A stretch of 64,000 nt of DNA from Gallionellaceae bacterium. GTDB taxonomy: Bacteria; Pseudomonadota; Gammaproteobacteria; Burkholderiales; Gallionellaceae. The notes beneath the pieces are model-generated. The model saw only the letters and a list, made by a program, of their open reading frames with translations. It did no database searches and was not told the origin of the DNA. The DNA is taken from assembly GCA_038925365.1 (NCBI GenBank), contig JBCKTV010000002.1, positions 5,713 to 69,712 on the forward strand. The letters run 5' to 3'. The position numbers and the translations under genes were made by a program. How positions within the stretch are numbered: position 1 is the first letter of the stretch; the number at the start of each line of letters is the position of its first letter. Below are positions 52,318 through 61,271 of this stretch, one piece after another.

Positions 52318-52585
52318 GCACCTCTCTTTGATTGGCTTTACGCGCCGAAATGATTCGTATCACCGATCCACGGATCGTATATGCGACAAAAAATATTCTC
52401 CCTGCTATCGTTCCAAGCACCTGATACCGATCTTCGCCGTAATCCCAGCGATGGTCTTTGCGGATTAATCGATCGGGATCAAGGAACGCCCGCAGTACGT
52501 AGGCGAAATCAAATCCGCGCTGTGTAAAACACGCATCACTTTTAGTTTCATCCCATTCGAATTCCATGCGATTATGGTAGTTCAT
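52286..52585 (-). CDS. brnT: BrnT-family (DUF497) toxin
   Basis: FEWDETK...RIISARKANQRE pattern typical of DUF497/BrnT. An alternative start is at MEFEWD (52567). Confidence 0.8.
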   Translation of the reverse strand: MNYHNRMEFEWDETKSDACFTQRGFDFAYVLRAFLDPDRLIRKDHRWDYGEDRYQVLGTIAGRIFFVAYTIRGSVIRIISARKANQREVHDYENSTREN

Positions 52586-52647
52586 TGGCCTACCTGAGTC
52601 AATACTACAGACCGAAAGATTTCTGCGTATTTGTTAAGCCGAAAAAA

Positions 52648-52701
52648 TTAACCCTGCTTTAGTATTATCAGATCGCGTTTCCGCTGCATTCCCAACATGA
52701 T
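52648..52701. repeat. 54-bp direct repeat, functional copy (3' end of the MFS gene)
   Basis: ttaaccctgctttagtattatcagatcgcgtttccgctgcattcccaacatgat. Confidence 0.85.
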
Positions 52702-53844
52702 GATCATCAGCAAGGCGATGGCTAGCATTGGCAGCACGGCCAAATTGACCGACTGCCAGCCATAAGCATTGAGCAGGCTGCCCGATGAAAATGTTGCAAT
52801 ACTGACAGCGACGAACATCAAAAAATCATGCGCGGCCTGTACCTTTGCGCGCTCGCTAGTTCTATATGCCTCGGTCAACAGGGTGGTGCCACCGATAAAT
52901 AGGAAGTTCCAGCCTACACCCAGCAAAATTAATCCAGACAAAAAATGAAGATATTCTATGCCCGATAAAGCAATGACCACATGCCCGAGCAGCAACGCAA
53001 CGCCAGACCCCATAATCGTCAATACACCGAAGCGGCGGATTAGATTACCGGTAAAAAATGAAGGTGCAAACATTCCCAGTACGTGCCACTGGATGACGGT
53101 AGCCGCCGAGCTTAGCGGTAAACCACACGTCTGCATGGCTAAGGGGGTAGCGGTCATCACCAGCAACATCACCGCAGAGCCAATAGCCGAGCCAGCCAAT
53201 GCCGTGAGAAAAATGGGCTGCCGCATAATGGCCGGCAATGCGCGTGGCGTATCGGAAGCTTCTGTTGTAGACACTGGCGGCAGGGACAGCCGCGACAGCA
53301 ACAAGAGGGCAAGTATGCTCAACACTACCATGCTGAGGTAGGTCAGTGCGGACGGAACGGATCCGATGTTCTGGGTATATATCACCAGATTCGGCCCTGC
53401 TACTGCGGCGATCACCCCGCCTGCAATCACCCATGAAATTGCGCGACTTTTAAAATCGTCACTGGCCACATCCGCCGCCGCAAAGCGGTAATACTGAGCA
53501 AAAGCCTGATAGCTGCCAATCAACATATTGGCAGCTACAAACAAGGAAAAATTATCCAGCCAGATCGCGATAGCGGCCAGCAGGCCTGCGATACAGCCCA
53601 ACATAGCCCCGAGTACAAATCCCGCCTTACGGCCATAACGCTGCATAAAAAGCGAAGCTGGAATCATGGTGAGTGCAACCGCCACCATCATCATGGCTAT
53701 CGGCAGCGTTGCCAGACTTTTATCCTCCGCCATCATCCACCCCACAATACCGGAAAGGGTAATCACCATGACTGATACGGTTTGGAATAATGCCTGCGCA
53801 GCCGAGAGAATCAGCACGTTGCGCTTTTCAACATCAAGCTTCAT
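52648..53844 (-). CDS. MFS transporter
   Basis: 12 predicted TM helices. MQRYGRKAG loop motif between TM2 and TM3. Confidence 0.85.
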   Translation of the reverse strand: MKLDVEKRNVLILSAAQALFQTVSVMVITLSGIVGWMMAEDKSLATLPIAMMMVAVALTMIPASLFMQRYGRKAGFVLGAMLGCIAGLLAAIAIWLDNFSLFVAANMLIGSYQAFAQYYRFAAADVASDDFKSRAISWVIAGGVIAAVAGPNLVIYTQNIGSVPSALTYLSMVVLSILALLLLSRLSLPPVSTTEASDTPRALPAIMRQPIFLTALAGSAIGSAVMLLVMTATPLAMQTCGLPLSSAATVIQWHVLGMFAPSFFTGNLIRRFGVLTIMGSGVALLLGHVVIALSGIEYLHFLSGLILLGVGWNFLFIGGTTLLTEAYRTSERAKVQAAHDFLMFVAVSIATFSSGSLLNAYGWQSVNLAVLPMLAIALLMIIMLGMQRKRDLIILKQG

Positions 53845-53903
53845 TTATAGTTTCTTTCAATTTCAAACATCTCAGGACATTACAAATCAGGCAGAAAAAC
53901 AGG

Positions 53904-54221
53904 CTACAACCCTTCCAGAAATTTTTCCTGAATAGCTTCCAACCGTGTCGCCAAATCCGGCACGGCACTCAGATCAACTCCTGCACTCAGCAAACCTGCG
54001 TAAATATCTTTAGACGACAACATCACACCATCCTCTGGTTTTAATACCACATCGAGCAAGACCATGCTGGGGAAGCCTTCGCCATGTGCATCTCGGAAAT
54101 CAGTATGAATGATGCGCTTGGTTAAGCCCAGGCTATTTTCCAGCTCTGCGGCATACAGCGCATAAAGTGTACAGCGCCCACCGGGCGGATTTTGGGAAAT
54201 TACTTTTATTGGTTCTGGCAT
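53904..54221 (-). CDS. hypothetical protein
   Basis: 105-aa ORF with plausible spacing. I recognise no motif. Confidence 0.45.
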   Translation of the reverse strand: MPEPIKVISQNPPGGRCTLYALYAAELENSLGLTKRIIHTDFRDAHGEGFPSMVLLDVVLKPEDGVMLSSKDIYAGLLSAGVDLSAVPDLATRLEAIQEKFLEGL

Positions 54222-54276
54222 GATTTTCTCTTAATAAATGTTGATGCAATATTCGATCTATCCGGATTGTCAGTGT

Positions 54277-54400
54277 TTTGAGTTTTACTTAATTCGCGAC
54301 ACTTTTAAATCCCCCCTAGCCCCCCTTTTTCAAAGTAGGGAACTAACCAAACCTTTGAAGGCGGCGTGTTCCCCACTTTGCAAAAGGGGGGAGGGGGATT
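54277..54400. repeat. C/G-tract palindromic REP/MITE-like element, copy 6
   Basis: tttgagttttacttaattcgcgacactttt, then aaatcccccctagccccctttttcaaagtagggaa, a loop, then ttccccactttgcaaaaggggggagggggatt. Confidence 0.9.
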
Positions 54401-54424
54401 CGCGTACTTTATCTGCCGCTTCTG

Positions 54425-55657
54425 TTATTTGACAGGTGTTGCAGGGTTCAGTCGCGGATGTGTTTCTTCTCCCCATATCTGCACCACCAGACCGGAGAGC
54501 AACATCGAAACAGCAACAAACCAGAATGCCTGCTCGATAGCACCGGCCATTGTCGCCACGATACCCATTGCCAACGCGCCGATACCATAGCCGAGGTCGC
54601 GCCAAAATCGGTAGATGCCAATGGCCGAACCGCGCCAGTTGGGATGGGCGATATCCGCCACCGCCGCCGACAGGTTGGGATACAGCAGAGCCATGCCGAA
54701 ACCGGACACGGCTGCCGACAATGACCACCACGCCACACCCGTACCCAACATCATCATCGCAACCCCTGCACCGCAGATCCACATGCCCCACACTATTGGC
54801 TTCTGCCTGCCGATGTGGTCAGAAAGTTTACCGGTGAAGAATTGCGCGCCTCCCCACACAAAGCCGTACACGCCGATAACCCAGCCTATGCTGGCCAGAG
54901 ACAAGCCATGGCTATACAGGAAAACTGGGTAGAACACCCACACCAGCGCATCGACAAATTTTTCCACCAGTCCTGCCTGGCTGATCGAAGCCATGCGCTT
55001 GTCGCGCCACGACATCAGTGAGAATACTTCCCAGGTTGTAGGTTTGTCGGAGATATTCGTTGGGTAGCGCGGCGTGGGGCCGGTAGACTTTCCTGCGGCA
55101 TGTTTAGCACCTTCCGCCTTGGCCCAGGGTAACGTGTCCTTTATCCACAGTATCGTGAGCAAGGTGGCCAGCGAGATTACGACGATGCCAAATATCAGCA
55201 AGCCCTGGCGTGGCCCGTAGGCAGCCGCCATGTAACCGGTGATGATGCCTGCAATCGCCAAGCCCACATATCCTGCGAATTCATTCAGGCCAATCACAAA
55301 ACCGCGTTGATCGGGGCGCGTGATGTCCAGTTTGGACGTTTGCGTCATCGACCAAGTCAGCCCCTGATTCACGCCCAGCAGCACGGTCGCGGCGATAATC
55401 CAGTTCCAGCTGGGCGCATACATAATCATGAACGGAATCGGCACAGCCGCTGCCCAACCTATCAGCAATACTTTTTGTCGTCCTATGCTCTCCGACAAAC
55501 GCCCAGCTACAAAATTAAGCGTACCCTTGACGAAGCCGAATGCCACCACAAAGGTGGTCAGCAGCATGAAGGAACCCTTGGGTACGCCAAACTCGGTTTC
55601 ACCCAGCGCAGGCACGACAGTCCGCATCATGCCTATGGTCATGCCCACCAGTAACAC
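54425..55657 (-). CDS. MFS transporter (start codon uncertain)
   Basis: Polytopic, with the MFS loop motif GRLSESIGRQK. The first canonical start is the GTG at 55657, inside what looks like TM1 (see findings). Confidence 0.8.
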   Translation of the reverse strand: MLLVGMTIGMMRTVVPALGETEFGVPKGSFMLLTTFVVAFGFVKGTLNFVAGRLSESIGRQKVLLIGWAAAVPIPFMIMYAPSWNWIIAATVLLGVNQGLTWSMTQTSKLDITRPDQRGFVIGLNEFAGYVGLAIAGIITGYMAAAYGPRQGLLIFGIVVISLATLLTILWIKDTLPWAKAEGAKHAAGKSTGPTPRYPTNISDKPTTWEVFSLMSWRDKRMASISQAGLVEKFVDALVWVFYPVFLYSHGLSLASIGWVIGVYGFVWGGAQFFTGKLSDHIGRQKPIVWGMWICGAGVAMMMLGTGVAWWSLSAAVSGFGMALLYPNLSAAVADIAHPNWRGSAIGIYRFWRDLGYGIGALAMGIVATMAGAIEQAFWFVAVSMLLSGLVVQIWGEETHPRLNPATPVK

Positions 55658-55732
55658 CTGAAACAGCAGATGAGAAAAAATGCGCGAAGTTATCGCGGAT
55701 ACCTTGACGGTATTCGTCGCGTAAAGTATGGC

Positions 55733-56470
55733 TCATTCTGCCCCCAGATTGACTTGCACCATGCGATCCATTTCAGCAGGGCGCGGCGGAATATCAGACA
55801 GAATATGACTGACAAACTCGCTCTTATTTGTGATTTTGAGGCCGGTATTGGCGCGTTTTTCAAACCCGATCGTCGTCGACGGTTTACCGGAAATACCCGC
55901 GCCGCAAACGCTGCCTGATGTATGGCCAGGGAAGACTTCCACATCATTCGGCAGAGACATCAGCTTGGTATGTAAGCTGTCGAACAACTGCTCTGCCCAC
56001 TCCTTGCTCTTGCCCGCCAGATCAGGGCGACCGATGCTACCCACAAACAGGGTGTCGCCAGTGAGCACAAACCAAGGTTCCGCACTGCGACGTTTATCGG
56101 TCACCGTCAAACAGATACTGTCCGGGGTATGGCCGGGGGTGTGGATCACCTTTACCTCAACGTTGCCCAGTTCGATGACTTCACCGTCGGAAAGCGCATG
56201 AAAGGGAAATTTCACCCTGCCCTGATTGGACTCATGCAAGCAATAGAGCGCACCGGTTTTTTCGGCGAGCGCACGACCACCCGAGTAGTGATCGGCATGC
56301 ACATGAGTATCGAATACATGGGTGATTTTGACGTTCTGCTTCGCCGCCTCTTCAATGAACCAGTCCTCATCTCCCGCTACCGGGTCCACCACCACCGCAA
56401 CTGCGCATGTGCCGCATCCGAGCAAATAAGACAGGGTGGCTTCCTTGGCAAAACGTTGTCTGAAAAACAT
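55733..56470 (-). CDS. MBL-fold hydrolase, persulfide dioxygenase / Blh-like
   Basis: THVHADH (HxHxDH), HTPGHT and GDTLF motifs. Adjacent to an ArsR-rhodanese regulator gene. Confidence 0.75.
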   Translation of the reverse strand: MFFRQRFAKEATLSYLLGCGTCAVAVVVDPVAGDEDWFIEEAAKQNVKITHVFDTHVHADHYSGGRALAEKTGALYCLHESNQGRVKFPFHALSDGEVIELGNVEVKVIHTPGHTPDSICLTVTDKRRSAEPWFVLTGDTLFVGSIGRPDLAGKSKEWAEQLFDSLHTKLMSLPNDVEVFPGHTSGSVCGAGISGKPSTTIGFEKRANTGLKITNKSEFVSHILSDIPPRPAEMDRMVQVNLGAE

Positions 56471-56501
56471 GTCATCTCTCCTAAATAGCTTAACAATTCA
56501 A

Positions 56502-56523
56502 TATTCAAACGAATACTTGAATA
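56502..56523. promoter_or_regulatory. candidate operator palindrome upstream of the MBL gene
   Basis: TATTCAA-N8-TTGAATA, 32 nt upstream of the start codon at 56470. Confidence 0.4.
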
Positions 56524-56569
56524 CATCTTAAAGCAGCACTCAATAGTCTGTCAATATTATTATTTAATG

Positions 56570-56612
56570 ATATTGTAAATCATTGATTATATTGAAGTTT
56601 ATTGAAGTTTAT
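56570..56612 (-). repeat. AT-rich intergenic element with IHF-consensus core, copy L (with a 10-bp tandem duplication)
   Basis: The reverse complement reads aaacttcaataaacttcaatatAATCAAtgatTTAcaata. Confidence 0.7.
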
Positions 56613-56615
56613 TGG

Positions 56616-57296
56616 TCATTTATCAAGTGGTAGCTGATAGCTTTTCCATTCAGGAAAACCATCTTCCAGTCGCCGCGCCCGATAGCCGTGCTGTCGCAAT
56701 TGATCGACCGCATCGAAAGACATCATGCAATAAGGCCCACGACAATAAGCAACAATTTCCTGGTCTTTGGGTAATTTGCTTAAGCGCTGGATTAATGAAT
56801 CCAACGGGATATTGACTGCCCCTTCGATATGGCCTGCGTCGTACTCGGAAGACGGGCGCACATCTATCACCATCGCCTCGCCGGATTTCACCAAGCCCAA
56901 AAGCTCATCACGGCGCACCGGGGTGAGCTTGTCCCTGCTATTAAAGTTTTCACGCACAATGCGCTCCACTTCGGCCAGATGCCGTTCAGCGACATATCGG
57001 ATACTGGATAACAACACCGGCACTTTCTCATCGCTCAGGCTGTAAATCACCTGAGTCCCTTCCTTGCGAGATTGCACCAGCCCCCCTTCGCGCATGATAC
57101 GCAAATGATTGGAGGTATTCGCCACCGACATGCCACTTGCCTGCGCCAGGCCATCCACACTGCGCTCGCCCTGAGCAAGGGCTTCCAGCAACTCCAGCCG
57201 ATTGGCGCTTGCCAGTGCTTTGGCGACACGTGCGAAGTTTTCGAATAATTTCTTTTTGGGGGTAATGGCAGTCATCAGGGTAGTCTCATATTGCAA
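56616..57296 (-). CDS. ArsR/SmtB-family transcriptional regulator fused to a rhodanese domain
   Basis: HTH region LANRLELLEALAQGERSVDGLA...NTSNHLRIM. C-terminal rhodanese domain with active-site loop YCRGPYC. Confidence 0.85.
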   Translation of the reverse strand: MQYETTLMTAITPKKKLFENFARVAKALASANRLELLEALAQGERSVDGLAQASGMSVANTSNHLRIMREGGLVQSRKEGTQVIYSLSDEKVPVLLSSIRYVAERHLAEVERIVRENFNSRDKLTPVRRDELLGLVKSGEAMVIDVRPSSEYDAGHIEGAVNIPLDSLIQRLSKLPKDQEIVAYCRGPYCMMSFDAVDQLRQHGYRARRLEDGFPEWKSYQLPLDK

Positions 57297-57305
57297 TTTA
57301 TCATT

Positions 57306-57354
57306 ATTGAGAATTACTTAATTTGTGACACGTTTAAATCCCCCTGGGGGGATT
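57306..57354. repeat. C/G-tract REP/MITE-like element, copy 7 (internally deleted)
   Basis: ttgagaattacttaatttgtgacacgttt, then aaatccccctggggggattt. Confidence 0.75.
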
Positions 57355-57452
57355 TGCATTTAACAATGACCATGCTACCAGTTTTCTCATATTTACAAGT
57401 AATAAGTCCTAGGTATATTGTAATTTATATAACATGATGTAGAATATCCTAC

Positions 57453-58418
57453 ATGAACATAATCAAGCCTTGGCTCGCCCTCATCATCAGCCTGCCCACC
57501 TCAAACGCGACAGCACGAATGCGCGTCTGGCGTGCCTTGAAAAGCGCGGGTTGCGGGGTTTTGCGCGACGGAGTGTATTTGCTGCCGGACAGCCCGGCGG
57601 CAGCACTCAGTCTTCAGCAGCAGGCTGCGGAGGTTATTGCGGCAGATGGCACTGCACACATCGTTAAGCTGAGCAGCACCCACGCTGCGCAAGACCTATC
57701 CTTCCGTAAATTGTTTGAGCGCACGGATGATTATGTATCGCTCAAGCATGATGTCGATGCTTTTACCTCCACCATGGGCACACAAAATTCGCTTGTAAAT
57801 AAACGCTCGCTTAAACGGCTAACACGCGACTTTGCCGCGATCTCAGCCATCGATTTTTTTCCCGGCGCGGCACGCGAGCAGATAGCGTTGTTGCTAGCCC
57901 AGGCAACTGCCGAGCAGGCCGCTATCTCCAATCCAGATGAGCCACGCCCCATACAGGGCAAGATTAAAAAACTTAAACGTGAGGATTATCAGAAACGCAC
58001 TTGGGCAACGCGCAAACGGATGTGGGTAGACCGCATGGCAAGTGCGTGGCTGATCAAACGCTTTATTGATCCCGCTGCCAGCTTCAAATGGCTGAATAAG
58101 CCACAGGATTGCCCGAAGAGCGCGCTGGGCTTTGATTTTGACGGCGCAAGTTTTACCCATGTTGGCTCACTGGTGAGTTTTGAGGTGTTGATGACCAGCT
58201 TTATTCATCAACCTGACCGCGCGCTTGAACGACTGGCAGCGGTAGTGCATTATCTCGATGCAGGCGGTATTCCGGTAGCGGAAGCACACGGGCTGGCATT
58301 GATACTCAAAGGCATGCGGGTACGCTGCAAGGATGATGACCAGCTACTAATTGAAGCAAGCACTATTTTTGATGATTTGTACGTTAGCTATACACAAGAG
58401 GAGAATAAAGATGAGTAA
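57453..58418 (+). CDS. chrB: chromate resistance protein ChrB
   Basis: N-terminus LPTSNATARMRVWRALKSAGCGVLRDGVYLLP is typical of ChrB. It overlaps the chrA start. Confidence 0.8.
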   Translation: MNIIKPWLALIISLPTSNATARMRVWRALKSAGCGVLRDGVYLLPDSPAAALSLQQQAAEVIAADGTAHIVKLSSTHAAQDLSFRKLFERTDDYVSLKHDVDAFTSTMGTQNSLVNKRSLKRLTRDFAAISAIDFFPGAAREQIALLLAQATAEQAAISNPDEPRPIQGKIKKLKREDYQKRTWATRKRMWVDRMASAWLIKRFIDPAASFKWLNKPQDCPKSALGFDFDGASFTHVGSLVSFEVLMTSFIHQPDRALERLAAVVHYLDAGGIPVAEAHGLALILKGMRVRCKDDDQLLIEASTIFDDLYVSYTQEENKDE

Positions 58419-59797
58419 TAATGAAATTCCAACTACGCCGCCGCCCCCCGTGTCATATTGGGAGTCGTTCCGTTACTGGCTGCAGCTGGGCTTTATCAGT
58501 TTCGGCGGACCTGCCGGGCAAATTTCAATGATGCATCAAGAGTTGGTGGAACGACGCCGCTGGATTTCCGAGCATCGTTTTATGCACGGCCTTAATTACT
58601 GCATGATGCTGCCAGGACCGGAAGCGCAGCAGCTCGCCACTTACATCGGCTGGCTGATGCACGGGGTAAAGGGTGGTATCACTGCTGGTGTGTTGTTTGT
58701 GTTACCCTCGCTGTTTATTTTGATCGCGCTGACCTGGATTTACCTAGCCTTTGGCGACCTGCCAGTGGTGATCGGCATACTGTATGGCATCAAGCCTGCG
58801 GTGACCGCCATTGTGTTATTTGCGGCTTATCGCATCGGCTCGCGTGCGCTGAAAAATAATGTGTTGTGGGCGATAGCAGCGGCGGCATTTATAGCGATTT
58901 TTGTATTTAATCTGCCCTTCCCTGTCATTGTGCTAGCGGCGGCCATCACTGGATATTTGGGTAGCCTTATTGCACCGAACAAATTCAAGGCGGGCGGCGG
59001 TCATGGTGCATCGGATAAAACTTATGGCCCGGCCATTATCGATGACGATACACCCACACCTGCTCATGCTAAATTCCATTGGCCGCGTGTCATACGCTAC
59101 ACGACTATCGGCATTTCGATCTGGGCTGCAATCATGGCTGGCCTGTTTGCAACTTACGGCTGGGACGGCGTACTGACGCAGATGGGCTGGTTCTTTACCA
59201 AGGCAGCGCTGGTGACCTTTGGCGGCGCCTATGCGGTGTTGCCCTATGTGTTTCAGGGTGGCGTGATCGATTTCCAATGGCTGACCGCAACACAGATGAT
59301 AGACGGCTTAGCCCTGGGTGAAACTACCCCCGGCCCGTTGATCATGGTGGTGGCGTTTGTTGGTTTTGTAGGTGGCTGGACCAAGGAATTGTTCGGCCCC
59401 GATGCTTTGTTCATGGCAGGGGGCGGCAGCCGCTACCGTGGCAACCATTTTCACTTTCTTGCCTTCTTTCCTGTTTATCCTGGTGGGGGGACCTGCGGTG
59501 GAAGCAACCCGTGGCGATCTGAAATTTACCGCGCCACTTACCGGCATCACCGCAGCTGTGGTGGGGGTGATCCTCAACCTTGCGCTGTTTTTTGCCTACC
59601 ATGTGCTGTGGCCGAAAGGCATCAGCGATCCACTGAGCGTACAAAGTTTGTTCACAGGTTTTGAATGGTTTAGCCTAGCGGTGGGTATTGCAGCGTTTAT
59701 CGCGCTATTTCGCTACAAGGTTGGTATTATGCAAGTTATCGCCGCGAGTGCAGTGCTAGGACTGAGCTATTCATTTATCAAACCGTTGTTGTCATAA
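58411..59797 (+). pseudogene. chrA: chromate transporter ChrA interrupted by a +1 frameshift in a G5 run
   Basis: The N-terminal part (58411 to about 59420) and the C-terminal part (frame of ORF 59372..59797, GAAAATVATIFTFLPSFLFILVGGP) are both CHR-family sequence. The frames join if one G of 59419-59423 is removed. Confidence 0.8.
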
Positions 59798-59809
59798 GGA
59801 GTAATTCAA

Positions 59810-60130
59810 ATGAGCAGAACGATTAATCCGCAGGAACTGAAAACCCTGCTTGAAACTACAGATGTGAAAATTATCGATGTGCGGCGCAAGGATGATTACG
59901 CTGCGGACAACAGCGCAATTCCAGGTGCAACTTGGTTCGACCCGGCAAATATTGACGGATGGTGCGACACCATGTCGACAGATAAAGATCTGGTACTTTA
60001 TTGCGTGCGTGGCGGCGCAGTGAGTAACTCGGTGCTGGACACCTTGCAAGCCAAAGGGGTGAAAGCCCGTTATATTGAAGGCGGCATCAGCGCATGGAAA
60101 GACGCGGGTGGCACTGTGGTGCCGAAATAA
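59810..60130 (+). CDS. single-domain rhodanese-like sulfurtransferase
   Basis: 106 aa, IIDVRR and active-site loop YCVRGGAVS. Confidence 0.8.
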   Translation: MSRTINPQELKTLLETTDVKIIDVRRKDDYAADNSAIPGATWFDPANIDGWCDTMSTDKDLVLYCVRGGAVSNSVLDTLQAKGVKARYIEGGISAWKDAGGTVVPK

Positions 60131-60133
60131 TAA

Positions 60134-60168
60134 TTTAAACACAACTGCTTGATTATATTTAATATTTT
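60134..60168 (-). repeat. AT-rich intergenic element with IHF-consensus core, copy M
   Basis: The reverse complement reads aaaatattaaatatAATCAAgcagTTGtgtttaaa. Confidence 0.8.
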
Positions 60169-60218
60169 ATATGTTCAAGCCGAATAATGAAGTCAGAAAA
60201 TTCTTGGAGAACTTAGTA

Positions 60219-60686
60219 ATGATGAATAAACATAATACTTGGATTGCTGCCGTTGCGGCCTTGCTGCTCACTGCACAAGCTTATGCGGCGGATGTAACAA
60301 TCGACGATGCTTGGGCTCGTGCCACAGCACCTGGGCAGGAGAATGGATCCGTTGGCCTGGTGATCACCAGCGCAAAAGATGCCCGCCTGATTGCAGTTAC
60401 AACACCCGCTGCTAAATTTGCCGAGATACATACCATGACCATGGAAAATGGTGTGATGAAGATGCGCCAATTGGAAGACTTGCCTTTACCTGCAAAGCAG
60501 CCTGTCAAGCTTGGGCCGGGTGGTGATCATCTGATGCTTTTTAACCTTAAAAAGCCATTGAAGGCCGGTGAAGAAATTCCACTGACTTTAACCATACAAT
60601 TTTCCGATAAACGTAGCGAGAAAATCAACATCAAAGCACAGATCAAGCCGCTCACAGCAGCACAAGACAATCACCACGCTCATTAG
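60219..60686 (+). CDS. periplasmic copper chaperone PCu(A)C (DUF461)
   Basis: Start set at MMNKHNTW, preceded by GGAGA. Signal peptide. Cu-binding pattern HTMTMENGVMKM...GGDHLML. Confidence 0.8.
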   Translation: MMNKHNTWIAAVAALLLTAQAYAADVTIDDAWARATAPGQENGSVGLVITSAKDARLIAVTTPAAKFAEIHTMTMENGVMKMRQLEDLPLPAKQPVKLGPGGDHLMLFNLKKPLKAGEEIPLTLTIQFSDKRSEKINIKAQIKPLTAAQDNHHAH

Positions 60687-60718
60687 ACTTATAGAGAAAT
60701 TAAAATTACTACTAATGC

Positions 60719-60746
60719 TTTAATATTCAATATAATCAACGTATTG
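60719..60746 (+). repeat. AT-rich intergenic element with IHF-consensus core, copy N
   Basis: ttaatattcaatatAATCAAcgtaTTG. Confidence 0.8.
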
Positions 60747-60794
60747 CACAATACCACCCAAGTCAAACTCGCCCCAGTATCAGGCTGAATTTTG

Positions 60795-61271
60795 CTACTG
60801 CACTGCCTCTTGGATTATTTCAGTGAGTAGCTCATTGACCGCCTTGAGTGCATCTTTTGATTTCTGTGTGCCAACCATCTGAGTCTTGCGATATGCGAGT
60901 CGTACTTCCTTAGGCTTGTTCGGCACCACGTATATATAGATGATATAGGGACAAAACACGATATTATCGGGATCTGCTTCCATCATTCTGCGCGATACTG
61001 TCGCACTGCAAAACTCAAGCGCCTCAGCCTTCAGGTAAATCTGCTTTACGCCACCCAGGTCTTTGCCGGTACGTTCCAGCATATCGCCTATATGCGATAC
61101 GCTATTAATGACAAAGCCTCGCCCGGTAAGCGCCTGCTCAACGGCTTCCCTAGCATCATCAAAGCTACCTTGCCTGGTAAATACAGCCATATGATCGCCA
61201 TCTGCGTAGGCAAATTGAGTCACTCCAACAAACGCGAATATCGCTACTAAACGATTAATTAATTTAAACAT
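60795..61271 (-). CDS. secreted DUF302-domain protein
   Basis: Signal peptide. The size and the segment LEFCSATVSRRMMEADP...FCPY resemble DUF302 proteins. Confidence 0.6.
   Translation of the reverse strand: MFKLINRLVAIFAFVGVTQFAYADGDHMAVFTRQGSFDDAREAVEQALTGRGFVINSVSHIGDMLERTGKDLGGVKQIYLKAEALEFCSATVSRRMMEADPDNIVFCPYIIYIYVVPNKPKEVRLAYRKTQMVGTQKSKDALKAVNELLTEIIQEAVQ

Larger units (their letters stand above)
51953..52647 (-). mobile_element. inserted BrnT/BrnA-type toxin-antitoxin cassette without a recombinase
   Basis: Two overlapping genes bounded by a duplicated 54-bp segment that corresponds to the last 17 codons plus the stop of the MFS transporter gene. Confidence 0.65.
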
